Assembly (NCBI GenBank): GCA_964252035.1
Contig: OZ176205.1
DNA: 64,000 nt
Source: Podarcis erhardii
Taxonomy: Eukaryota
Direction: 5' to 3' (one strand)
The notes below the pieces were generated by a model that had not been told where the DNA came from, ran no database searches, and was given only the letters and a program-made list of their open reading frames with translations. Numbering within the stretch: the stretch's first letter is position 1; each line of letters opens with the position of its first letter. Below, piece after piece: positions 12,187 to 23,782 of this stretch. The position numbers were made by a program, and so were the translations under genes.

Positions 12187-15100
12187 ATGTGCTGTGTGAT
12201 TGTTGTTGTTTTTTGTACAAGGCATCTATTCTGTAACCTGTAAAAGTAAAAGCAGACCTGTACTTGTCATTCCCTTTATTTTTAATAGTAAAATTATTGT
12301 GAGCTAACTGGTTTATAGTTCAGATGCCATTTATTCTGGCTCAATCCAATGTACGTTACTAGGACAGCTTTGGAGTAAATGGATTATGAACTGAAAAATT
12401 GGTCAGTACTTAATAGCTATTGTTAATAGTATATGTCCTTTTGATCAGAACCAGGAAAGGGAAATTGCTCCTTGTGCTAGTGTGGATAAAAAGGACCAGT
12501 ACCATGTATATGATTGGCCCAGGGATGCATGTAGAACAGTCGGTTTTTCTGATGTTTTGTACTGTCATTAAACTCGGGGGAAATTGGAATCCTATGTCTC
12601 TAATTAATTGAGTGATCTCAGTATAGCAGGAACATGCAATAGCTCTTCTGAAAGGGCATTATTTCTGTTAGAAAGCTTATCTTTGTACTCCTTTGAGGGG
12701 AGATGGTATTTCTGAGCTGGGTGTGAAAAGATAATTCAACGTGTAAAAAACCCTAAGCTTTATGCAACCCCTGCTAAATAGACTTTGTTAACCATGTTGC
12801 CAAACCCTTTTAGCCATGTAACAGATGCTGCAGCCTTCAGTCTAATAACTCATGACTTACAGACTTTCACTATCCAAAACCTGAATGGCAAGCCCAAAAT
12901 CATTGATTGATCTTAGTCCTTGCATAGTCCTAATTGCCTTCCTATCAGTACTGGCTCTGATATGGTCCTTTCCCTCTCACAACGTTTTGGGTACTTACGC
13001 AGTTCTGGAATTTCTCTACATTATTTATTTATTTTCTGTTTCCAAGTGTATGAACTGCCAAGTCATAGAAAAAAAATCATGGCAGTACAATAAAACAACA
13101 TAAAATGCAAATCAAATTACCAACAAGGAATCAAATAAATCATCTAAAAATGACTGGAGAAAGCAACTTTTATCGGTGGCAAATTATCAAAGTGGTAATT
13201 CTTGAAACAATGTTCCAGAGCACCTGTGCTGCTATGTTAAATGTTGGTTCCCGTAGAAACTTAATCTATGTCAGGAGGGCTTCAGAAGAGTGCTGTGATC
13301 TGGCCGGTTTATAAGGGATAAAGTGGTCATTTAGGTAACGTGGTAGATGTTTAGAAGCATTGGGGATGTGATGGTACCGTGAGAGACCCAATAGTAAAAA
13401 TGCCAGGGGTTTATAGTCCTCCAGAGTCATTCTCTGAAAGGTCCTGCAGAAAGGAACAGAACCAGTGAAGTAAAGTGCCACAAATCCCCACCCAACACTG
13501 TTGGTCCAAGTGGGTACCTTGATTGTTGTCAAAAAAGAGTGAGCTGCGGGGTCACACTCTCCTGTGATCAAGGTCATCCATCAGGACCACTAATGCTGAC
13601 TAGGTCCCAAAACAACCTGAAGCCAGACTGAGGTAGCTCAAGATTACATGTTTCACACCTGCGCTCAGTAAATTGGAGGATCAACATACTTCCCAGAAAT
13701 CTGAAAGGAATAAATATATGATATATAATTTGATAAAATAGCATCTTAAAAGCAAACTTCCTGTACTTGTCCAAGCATTAGAATACAAAAGAGCTGCCAA
13801 AAGTGCTTGATCTTGAGAAGCCATTCAGGTTGAACATCCTGCAATTTAGGGGATATCCTGAGGAAGTGGGAAACACTACACAAACTGCTGCACTAACTGA
13901 TAGAACCCACAATGTGGCACTGCCACCTAACATTAGGAAATATCCCCACAAGGCACTATATTAAAAGGACTTGATTTCCTAAGATTGCAGAGCATCAATT
14001 GAGATGGTGATATTCCAATACCTCCTATAGCTGGGATCCTCTCTTAAATTGATAGCGTCAAGTAAGGATTACTAGCAGACTTCTGGTTAATTCAAAGTAC
14101 ATTCTTCTGAGGCAGTCCCTTCACTTTATCCCCCTTGCCCTGCTTCCATGGGTGCCTCTAAGAGGACTGGCTGGAATGTGCTGGCACACACCCAAGACTT
14201 CTGTAGCTGTTTTCTATTTTCTGTGAGCTTTGTACCCAGGGCTGAGTGTTCTTTGGCTCTCCTTTCCTTCTGATTCTCCATGTTTGGTATCCTCACTTGC
14301 CGTCATACTAGTCTTTGCTGTGTTACACACCTGTGAAGGTAATAATAGGCATCTGGTGTATCACACAGACAAACAGAATTAACGGCTAGAAAAATTAGAG
14401 GGGAGCTAACAAAGGCAGTTGCTATTTCTTCTTGTGTACAAGGAGTAAGATTAGTGAGGATTAGGAATCAGAAGAGCTTCATACTTCTGTACCAAGAACA
14501 ATTGCCACATTGATCCTTGCATGTGGAGCGCACAACTTTTCAACATCATTATGATATTGGCAGATAACACTGTAGATTATGGATGTAGAAATCTAGCTTA
14601 CCACACCTCCCAAGCACGTGAAGATAAGCAGGATAAGAACTGGTGCCACAAAACCTGGAGATTAATCATGATGCTTTTTAAAATTATATGTTGTAAGCTG
14701 TTCTTAAAACTTTTTTTGTAGGTGTGGGATTTAAAATTGCAGAAAGTTGCCATTAAAGTTGCAGCAACCCATACCTAAAACAAAAATAAAATATTTAGAT
14801 GTGCTGGAGAAGACTGTTCTTATTTTTAGGAAATGGCCTGTTGAGTTTTGAGCTCACAGCTAGTTTTCAAATGTACTTTCATGCAAAAATAGAATCATAT
14901 ACATTAGAGTGAAGTAATTATTCTTACTGTATTTTATGAAGCTCTACCAATATTTTGTAGAAGCTATACAATATAAAACCTACATATTCATGAGAAGACT
15001 TCTGAGTTGTCGGTAGAAATATTGTTTAAAATGATAATTTGAAATAATTTCTTAAACTTTTCTGAGCTCCTCATTATAAAATGAATATCATTGTAAACCA

Positions 15101-15804
15101 GAAGCATACAGCTTTGAATGAATTATTTGATAATTGAGTTTTATACTTGGGAATTACATGTGAGGACTCTTATTTATACAACAGATGGTGAAAGATTCAA
15201 AGCACAATCCCATGCATTCGTATCCAAAAGAAAATCCTAGTGATTTCAGTGTGCATGTAAGATTTTAAACTGTAATCAGTATGTATAAGATTGCAAACTT
15301 AAAGAATACTCAAACATGGCCTATCTATAGGGAATGACTCTTAAATAAGTTTTAGAAACTCATTAGCATGTTGGATTTTATATTGTATCACTTATGTAAA
15401 CACTTCTGAATACTATATGAACATAACATTCCAATGGAAGCAATTACTCTACATGCGTAAACTTTAAATGTGCCAGACCATTTTCTATAAACGAGTTTCT
15501 ACTGCACTGTTAGACATTTTAATTGAATAATGAAGCCAGTTAAGAAAACCCCTCTGAATTGGCTAGATAGGCCTTTGTTTCTTTTTACTTCACTGCCCAA
15601 CAGGGGAAAGTGGATTGGGCAGGGAAAGGGTAGTTAAGAGGCATTAAAGCATATTTACCCCTCAGCTGCCTCCTCCGTTGCTGATTAAAGTCTAATGCTG
15701 TCCCACTTTTGAGGCTTCCAACAGAAGTACTACATCTCCTAAATGCAGCCCATAGTGTGAATTCCATGGAGAAATAGACATGGACACAGCCTCTCCTTCC
15801 CTCT

Positions 15805-15809
<5 letters not shown>

Positions 15810-15850
<41 letters not shown>

Positions 15851-15868
15851 CACACACACACACACACC
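15810..15868 (+). repeat. (CT)n(CA)n compound microsatellite
   Basis: Read directly. Confidence 0.9.
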
Positions 15869-16514
15869 CCATTCTGCTTTTCATTCTTTCACTGATCCCT
15901 CAGATGAACAGGGTTAAAGGGCCTCTAGAGCAAATGACAATGTTAAGTAGAAGATAAAAAAGCTGTACAGATGTTTACACAACCTCATGGTCCTTGGTGC
16001 TAGTCAAGTAAGAGACAAGCCTATGGGTGCAAATGCAGGGGGAATTGTAAACAGAGGAAGGAGGACTGTTCCTCACAGACTGTAGCCTAGCAAATTTTAT
16101 CACTCCTTTCTCTGTGTGCTATACTACCCACCCTGTAGACTTGTGTAGGTTTGATTTTTAAGGCAAATAATCAGAAGGGTAAGAGGATCCAAACCCTCCT
16201 TCCACTCAGTACTTAATTTTCCATAGTTCCCTGCCAAAACGCTTCTCATCCAGTCAAAGTCACTTCCGGTATCCATGGAGAAAAATTATTGGAGGGGAAG
16301 ATGTTAACATCAATAATATTGTTACTGCTTCCCTCTGGAGAGCTTTAACAATAAAAATCTGTGGGAAAGACTTTGCTGTTCTACCAGTTCTACCCTAAAT
16401 GCTAAGGCTCCTTTAACTGAGTATCTATTTGATTTGATTCTGTAATCAGGCAGTCAAACAAAACCCTAATGCGATTTAGTACCAAGGCAAAATACATGTA
16501 ATACTAAAAATAGT

Positions 16515-16632
16515 TTTATTATTTGCACCCCACCCATCTGACTGGGTTGCCCCAGCCACTCTGGGCTGCTTCCAACATATATAAAAACATAATTAAACAT
16601 TACAAAACTTCCCTATGCAGGGTGGCCTTCAT
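16515..16632 (-). mobile_element. L2 LINE 3' fragment
   Basis: ccccacccatctgactgggttgccccagccactctggg, same family as 47150-47590. Confidence 0.65.
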
Positions 16633-19145
16633 ATGTCTTCTTTTTCCATTTGCAATGGGATTGCATCCTCCACCATGCCTGAGGGCAGCAGGGGAGGCTG
16701 TGTGACACAGGCAATTCTCTTCCAACATCTTGCCTCCACTTTTATCCCCCTAGCATCTACCACCTGAGGTGGCTGCTTCACTCTGCCCAATGGTAGGGCC
16801 AGCCTTGTCCATCAAAAAGAGACTACGCCTGCAATGCTATAGCCACATACTTGGCAGTAAGTGCCATAGAACTCAAATGAGGCTTTATTCTGAGTAGGCA
16901 TTAACAGGCAAACTATAAGAGATTTTCTGGCTGCTGCAATCAGAGAGGCCAGTTTAAAGAGGATCTTTAGCAAATATTTGACCTGCATGTTAGATGAGAT
17001 TAGCATTAAACATGATAATAATAGTCTTGCTCCAGTTTTGCTGTGAACCTGTGGACTCTGCTGCAAATGTAAGCAAACAGGAGATGACGCAAAGGAGTTT
17101 AGTTTGGATAATGGGAGCTGTGGGCTGGGGCAGAGGGCATCAGGAAAGCTGGATCAGAGCCCAAGGCCAGCATTAGGTAGGAATGTTGTTGTCCTAAGCA
17201 AAACATAATTTTGACCAACTTTTTTAAGCACTGGTACTACTGAAGATTTTTTCTTTGGTAATTAATCATATGTAATACTGTACATAGAAATAAAGGGAAG
17301 AGATTGTAAATATAACTGGAATGTTAAAAAAACCAAAATAAGCCAGCCATATAATTACTTTGGTTGGTACAAAACTATCAGCAAGAAAATATTCTCTTAA
17401 CAATTAAATTATGACCTAGCTGTTGTAGATTGGGCCTCTACAGATTTCTGGGGGGCAGGGATGGTTTCAGCTAGGTATGTACATAAGTAGGAAATGAACT
17501 AAAGGAACATAAAAAGGGAACGGAACAGCATGTGGGAAGGACAGCTAAATCTTTCCATGTCAGTTGGGCAAGTAATCAAATATTACACCAGATCATAGCA
17601 GGTACCATACGGCTGCACGGTGGGGTGGGGATATTGTTTTTGTTTGTTACTACGTTATGTATTGTGGAGAGCAAGATTGCTAAGAACATTAAACTAGTTG
17701 TTAAGCAACTAAGGCTGCAAGTTGAATCACAGTTGCGAGCATTTTATTTAGAGTCCATTGTGCTGGTTATGCCCTGGGTGAAGGCGATTACTTATATAAC
17801 ATATTACCAAAAGCTATAAATTATGTTATAGCTCTAATACATGTATGTTAAGAGTAGCCAGCATGTACAGATATCAGGAGAGTTTTGATATACACAAGGG
17901 GATAAATAAATCTGCAGTAAGTATGCTGTTTACACCAAAGGTGGGTTGTTAACTATAAGCACCTGACAGCCTAATGCCCTTTTATTGCTTTGCAGAATTT
18001 CAAAGGCTGCCTTCTTCCACAAGAACCTCCTGAACTACTAATATTATACCAGGAGGCCCTTCTTCAGATCTCCCCACTTTCAGGGACTCTGATTGGGTCT
18101 TTCCAGCTATACTGCCCTATCTTTCCTAGAAAAGCTTGCCTGACACCAGCAGCAAGCCTAATGAATATCTGGGGCCAGGTGAAGAACTGTTTTATTTCCC
18201 CAAAACTTTAAGGTATTGTGTTTTAAATATTATTTTAATCTCATTCTTTCTACTGCTACTGTTCTGTGCTGCTTTTTTTGTATGTATTGTTATTGTTTTT
18301 TTCTTTAACCAGCTAACACATAAGGGCACACACCCTGGGCTGTCATGGAATCTTATGATGTTAAGTGTATCCTATACTAACTAGGGTTACTTTGGAATAA
18401 ACAGATTATAGGTGGATACATATCAGCATTAACAATACAATAAAGACAGATTACACCCTCCCGTAAATATTTGTAGCAGTAGCTTCCTAAAACTGAGATG
18501 TGGAGGACTTGTACAGTGTGCACCCATTCACTGACCTTCAACAAATAACAGGAACCTGGACTATTCTCAATAAGGACTGCTTAGTATGCCATAAATGCAG
18601 ATAACCTATGGGGCATCTCTTAAATGTTGAAGGTGAATACGTGTTCTACAATGCTGGGTACTGTCTGAAATAAATGACACCATTTGTACATTAAGGTATT
18701 GTGAGGAAAGACTTCAAACATTTCAGAGAATTTATTTCCAACATTCTTCCCCAGAAACAGTTATACTACTTTTAATCAGCAAGCAGTGCATCCCTTTCCA
18801 TGAATTTTCCTGATAAATGACATTTTCTTCCCTTGTTCAGCTCTCATAGCACTGACAAACTCAACTCTCAACTCAGACTTCTCTGTCTTTCATACCTCTT
18901 ATCAACATACCTGTAAACTTGGCTAATTCTGCCTCACCACTTTCATTCCTACAGCCCGCAAATGTTCTTTACTTCCAGCAACACAACAAATGTCATTTTA
19001 CAAGCTAGTAATTTGTGTGCATGGACTTTAATGTACAAAATCTTGAGCCCCAGGCTCAAAGTCAGCCTTCTCTGCCACAGTCAGTCACCCTCCTGCTAAT
19101 ACCAGTTCTGATCCCCATCCTTCCATCTCCAAGGACATGCTTTTA

Positions 19146-19203
19146 TGTACAGTGTCAGCATGTGGTGACAGAAAGTTTACATCACATGCTTCATTAAGTG
19201 CAG
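19146..19203 (-). promoter_or_regulatory. SECIS element in the SELENOP2 3' UTR
   Basis: Minus strand ttaATGAagcatgtgatgtAAActttctgtcaccacatgcTGAc: AUGA/GA quartet, agcatgtg/cacatgct helix, AAA 12 nt after AUGA. Confidence 0.88.
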
Positions 19204-19692
19204 AAAAGCAGGAAATGCAAAAATGGGGTCAAAATTGGCTTCTCAAGAAGCAGCTCTGTGTTCCTGAGGAAAACAAGATGGCTTCCTTAAGGCAGTCCTC
19301 ACCACAGAAATGGGATGTATCTAAAAATCCATCTGAGCCCAAGAGGAACACCACCTTAAGGCTTGGTGGAATAAAACTGGTGGATATGAGGTTAACTGGG
19401 AGACAGATTCAAAATGAGGATAGAGGTCTCATTGTGGACAAGCAGTTAAACTTTCCAATCACATATATGACACTACAAAAGTTTGTGTTGTGTCCTCTGC
19501 TATCTGTTGAGAGACCTTGAACGTCTAGGGAGTGGAACATTCACTTCCCTTCCCCTGCTGAAAACCGAGCCATCATATTTCTTCCTTCTGATGCATGTAA
19601 GTTTGCCCCCTGGCTCTTCTTAAAAGCTTGCTTAGTGCTAAGTATGCTTATGGCTAACAGTTGGGTGTTGCACACATTGAAGTTTAAATGTT

Positions 19693-19944
19693 TTATGGGG
19701 ATTCCCTTGTTTGATGCTTCTGTGAGCGATTCTGAGAGTGGAGAACTGGCTGGTGTGTACTGCTCAAACCCAAGGCTTTATGGTTGCCGACTCCTCCATG
19801 ATATGAATAGTGATGGGCTGTGTGCTTGGTGTTAGGTGCTTCTTGGCTTGGCTCATCATGATGGTACCTGGGGTCTTCCAGGTGCTTCTCTTTCTGTCCA
19901 GATGCCTCAGTTGTCGTCATGTTAGTACTTGCTGTCTTATTCAC
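19693..19944 (-). CDS. SELENOP2: SELENOP2 terminal coding exon (His-rich tail, no Sec-rich domain)
   Basis: Acceptor cttcacag|GTG in phase 0; VNKTASTNMTT...HHDEP...HTAHHYSYHGG...RESP*. Confidence 0.85.
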   Translation of the reverse strand: MNKTASTNMTTTEASGQKEKHLEDPRYHHDEPSQEAPNTKHTAHHYSYHGGVGNHKALGLSSTHQPVLHSQNRSQKHQTRESP

Positions 19945-21424
19945 CTGTGAAGGTAATGAAAGATTCTATATATGTACATGCAGATGGGCTTAGGGTGAAG
20001 ACAGAAACACATTTTTAAAAGTGAAGATGGATGTATATATCTGAAGTGATCTGCATTCAGCCCTTTTTGACAAAATATGTAAACTTCCAAAATAAACTGA
20101 GCTCAGAGCAACTGCTACTTTCTGTTTTCAGGAGAAATTGGCTGTGAAGAATGGTGATTGCCTGGCAGTCACTTAAAAAGTGGTTTTAAAGAATGTGTAA
20201 AATAGAAGTTTAAATGAGTAAACATGCTGGATGTTTAGGCGTAGAAATGGTTTTTAAAAGCCCAAAGTTTGAGAGGCAAAAAGCTGCACAGGAGTTTAAG
20301 TCAAATATATATATCTCTCAAAAGAGCGGGGAGGAAAGAAGGTTTGATTTCTCCAGATCAGAAAAACCTGCACCCGCTCCTGGAAGGAGATCTGTTTGAC
20401 TTCACTCTCGGTATGGTCGAAATGGCTTAAAAGGTATTTATAATATTTTGCTGCATTGGCTATCAGGACAGCAAAAAACTAAAATAGGTAATACATCAGC
20501 CCCCCCCCCCCCCCCGCAATCCCACCTTGAGGAATGAACTTTCAGGTCACTGATGGGGCAGGAAGTGACACCACAGGAGAAGACAGCAGTTACTATTTCT
20601 TCTGTCCAAGGAACAATATGCTCCCATTCATTGAGAACAGGAAGCACTTCAACCTGACAAATTAAGGCTGTTAATTTCTTTTTTTTCAATAACTGAGGGC
20701 AGACTATGGCTACTGGGTGAGGCTCAAGCAGTACATGATGGCAGAAGATCCAGGTCTTGACCCACCATGTACAAAACAGGAAGGTGGGGTTGACTTTAGA
20801 GATAAGGGGTGCCTGGGTGAGAGGAACCAAACCTTTCCTGCACTTGATGCCACACAGCTTCTGTTCCAAAGTGTTTTTCTTTCTGTTCCAAAGTGTTTTT
20901 CTTCTTGGGGTTGGACTCGATGGCCCTTGTGGTCTCTTCCAACTCTATGATTCTATGATTCTTCAAGTCAATCTCACTTTTAGTATCTGAACTCAACTAG
21001 GGAGAAAAGCACTTGGGGGAGGGCAAGCACTTGGGGGAGTGTGAGAAGCTGAAAGTGGGGGGGGGGAGTTTAGCATTTCCTCCCACCTGGGTTCTCCTGG
21101 ACCCCTCCACGCTACACTATCTGTGACTGTGGCAGACCTGGTGTCTCCATCTGCAATTTGCTTCTGAGGTTTTTATTTCAAGATGGTTTACTTCCTGTCA
21201 AGATGAAAGATGCTTTGTGGTATCTCAACATCCTTGCTTGTTGTAGCGGCCCAATATAATAAAACCCTCCCTTCCACCTTCTCCTCCCACATCCCTGCTG
21301 TAAGACCAATCTGATCAGAAACCTAGAATTCCCAGGCAGAAATTCAGGATGGGCAAATGAGGAAACGTCTGGCTTAAACAAAACGAGTTGAAAAGGAAGT
21401 TGATGAGGGGATTCAAGTCCCTAC

Positions 21425-21563
21425 CTCCTGGCTGCTGTTAGAGGGGTACCAGGAACAATTGCCGCAGTAGTCTTTGCTGTGTGTGTACCGCACGGCTGCT
21501 TCAACATAGGGCAAGTGCAGAAAACTGTATGGCAGCTGGATGTGGAAAGCCAGCCTGCTGCAC
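21425..21563 (-). CDS. SELENOP2: SELENOP2 coding exon 3
   Basis: CSRLAFHIQLPYSFLHLPYVEAAVRYTHSKDYCGNCSWY, homologous to SELENOP CGRLVYHLGLPFSFL...CGNCS. Confidence 0.93.
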
Positions 21564-22176
21564 CTGCAAAGCCCGAGAGCCATGAAACAAATGGACATAA
21601 AGTTAGTGTCAGGAGAGCATGTAATCCACTAATTTACACTGGAAATGAATCTAACCTGGCCTGAAGAATCTGGTTTTCCTCACCAACAGTTGTGAGGCAT
21701 GATGGTAAAGAGAAACACTTACATCATGGTATGTCCTTTCTTTCCAGATGTGTCCTCAAACAGACTTTTTGATAATGTATTCAGGAATCCCGAATTCCAT
21801 ATATCTTACTTTCCTTCCTTCTGCCCAGGCCTGCAGACCCCCATTGGCCTCCCATCAGCAGCTGCCTATGGAGCACCCACTTCTGTCCCCACTAGTGCTG
21901 CTGATGGGATCCCTACTGGTGGCAGCAGGGGCTTTCAGTAGCCAAGGAAGGAGCTGGACTGAGCCGCCTTGCAGTCCATTGGATCCTGAGATGGTCCCAC
22001 TGCCAGAACTGGGCTTCTTCCAGGCTCAATTGCTGCACCAGCTCCAAGCTGGCTCAGTGATCTGCCTTCCCTCCCTTCTGCCCCGGCTGCTATGCACAGC
22101 AGTGGCCCTGACTCTCCAAAAACCCTAATCAGTCTTGGGTGGGTGGGGAGTTAGAATTGCTCCCTTAAGCACTGAC

Positions 22177-22389
22177 CTGTCATAGATCAGGAAGTCATCC
22201 TTGTCCCCATCTAGAATTTGCCAGACGTCAGGCTCCAGAATCTGCTGCTGGTAAACAGGAACTCCCTCTGGGGCATGCCGTTTGAGCTCCCAGTACATAG
22301 CCCTGGAGAAAGGAGTCTTCTCATTCACAATCATGAAGCTGACATTGGTCACTCCTTCAAGTGACAGCTTCCTCTGCAAGCTGCCAAGG
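22177..22389 (-). CDS. SELENOP2: SELENOP2 coding exon 2 (213 nt)
   Basis: LGSLQRKLSLEGVTNVSFMIVNEK...VPVYQQ...DVWQILDGDKDDFLIYDR; same size as the SELENOP exon. Confidence 0.95.
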
Positions 22390-23025
22390 CTGGTGGGTAG
22401 GAAGAACAAGCAACGTTTAGGAATTGCGGTGCACAGATATAGGTTCCAGCCCTTGCCCTCTACACATACCATGTGGGATATGAGCCTGCACTGCTGGACG
22501 GAGGCCCCTTCATTTATCAGTTCACTGGACTTGCCATTACAGCGGTCCCTGCTACATAGATCCAGCAATAAGTTAAATGATACATATTATGCTTGAGCTG
22601 TAATTCACCAGGAAAATTGGATCTACCTTCTATATGTGTGTTATATCTGGCCTGCTGCAGCCCAGGCCTCAATTTTTGATTGCTGAACTGGAGCTTATAG
22701 ACAATCAGTTCAGTTCTGTGTTTCCTGATAGAAAGCCTAGGGGCAAAGATGTGACCTTAAGAGTTGTGATATTGCCACTGAACACCAAATACAGGGTTCC
22801 AACACATATCTGACTTTCTAGTCACATCCAGACCATCTTTTTAAAGCATGCGACTTTCCCCAAAGCATTATGGGAACTGTGATTTACCCCCTGGCAGAGC
22901 TACAGTTCCCAGCACTCTTAAACGACAGTTCCCATGACTCTTTGGGGAAAGCCATGTGCGTCAAATGTATGGTGTGGCTGCGACCTAACAGCTCCTGACT
23001 CAGGCAATCTTCTCTATGAACTCAC

Positions 23026-23240
23026 CTGGCAGCCTGCTTGAGACAGAACTGTCAGCTGGCTTTCAACAGTGCCACCACTGTCACTTGGCCCTCCATCCCA
23101 GCCATGGGGGCCACCCCATTGATCTTCCAGAGTGGTGCAGGCTGGCATATTCGGGTCCTGTTCTCAGCCACATCTGCCAGCGTAGCAGCAATTGCCAGGA
23201 GCAGCAGCAAGGTTGTTGTGGCTAGGGCTGAATAGCCCAT
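23026..23240 (-). CDS. SELENOP2: Selenoprotein Pb (SELENOP2) coding exon 1; CDS complement(join(19693..19944,21425..21563,22177..22389,23026..23240)), 272 aa, Sec63
   Basis: ATG 23240, signal peptide, VTVVALLKAS-UGA(23054-23052)-QFC = UxxC; frame continues to donor AG|GTGAGT; acceptor at 23261. Confidence 0.93.
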
Positions 23241-23306
23241 CCTGGCCACCTCCCTTCAGCCTAAAGTAGAAGAGAGCAGCTTAAGACCATAAGAACTTCC
23301 CTCAGC

Positions 23307-23394
23307 GGGGGGGCTTTAAGGGGAAAAAATAATGAATATGATATGTTTTGATAATTTGTTATGTTGAAATTGTTAATAAAAACTTTTTTAAAAA
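23307..23394 (+). mobile_element. 88-bp 5'-truncated retroposon (L1/Tx1-like tail)
   Basis: Perfect 16-bp TSD aagaacttccctcagc (23291-23306 and 23395-23410), internal AATAAA and A-rich end. Confidence 0.75.
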
Positions 23395-23469
23395 AAGAAC
23401 TTCCCTCAGCAGGCCAGATGCAGCCTCTAAGTCTCAGTAGACTTTCTTCTTAGTAAACATAGATAGGAT

Positions 23470-23604
23470 TCAGTTACAGATAGGTAGCCGTGTTGGTCTG
23501 CCATAGTCAAAACAAAACAAATTCCTTCCAGTATCACCTTAAAGACCAACTAAGTCAGTTCTTGGTATGAGCTTTCGTGTGCATGCACACTTCTTCAGAT
23601 ACAC
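23470..23604. mobile_element. Probable Penelope-like terminal repeat fragment
   Basis: gtagccgtgttggtctg...ccttaaagaccaac...gagctttcgtg...cacttcttcagatac pattern recalled from reptile Penelope ends. Confidence 0.4.
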
Positions 23605-23782
23605 AGGATTAGATAGGATTGTCCTACATGGATGCCCTAGTGCCCTGTATTTGAAAGTGACAGTAATGGATGCTTAAAGACACACTCACATATTAGCTGC
23701 CCAGGATTTCAGCTACAGCAAGGGTTGTTGCTATCCTCTGGCCCTCTGGGTATTGTTGCAGTACAACTCCCAGCATGGTCAT

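Larger units (their letters stand above)
14050..18180 (-). pseudogene. Degenerate tandem copy of SELENOP2; exon remnants about 18180-17963, about 17075-16862, 14606-about 14468, 14330-about 14100
   Basis: Colinear matches to the coding exons of the intact gene. Exon-4 copy reads CGKLDFYI...KDQCGNCSWY (vs CSRLAFHI...KDYCGNCSWY) with in-frame TAA/TGA. The acceptor attaccttcacag|gtg is shared. Exon-3 match is weak. Confidence 0.75.

Noticed and set aside
13266-13577. 103-aa minus ORF as a possible MMACHC or other exon
   Set aside because: No similarity to MMACHC or any protein I recognise; no convincing splice pair
15900-16140. Alternative candidate for the pseudogene's second coding exon
   Set aside because: Matching words are not colinear in spacing with the real exon; 17075-16862 fits better
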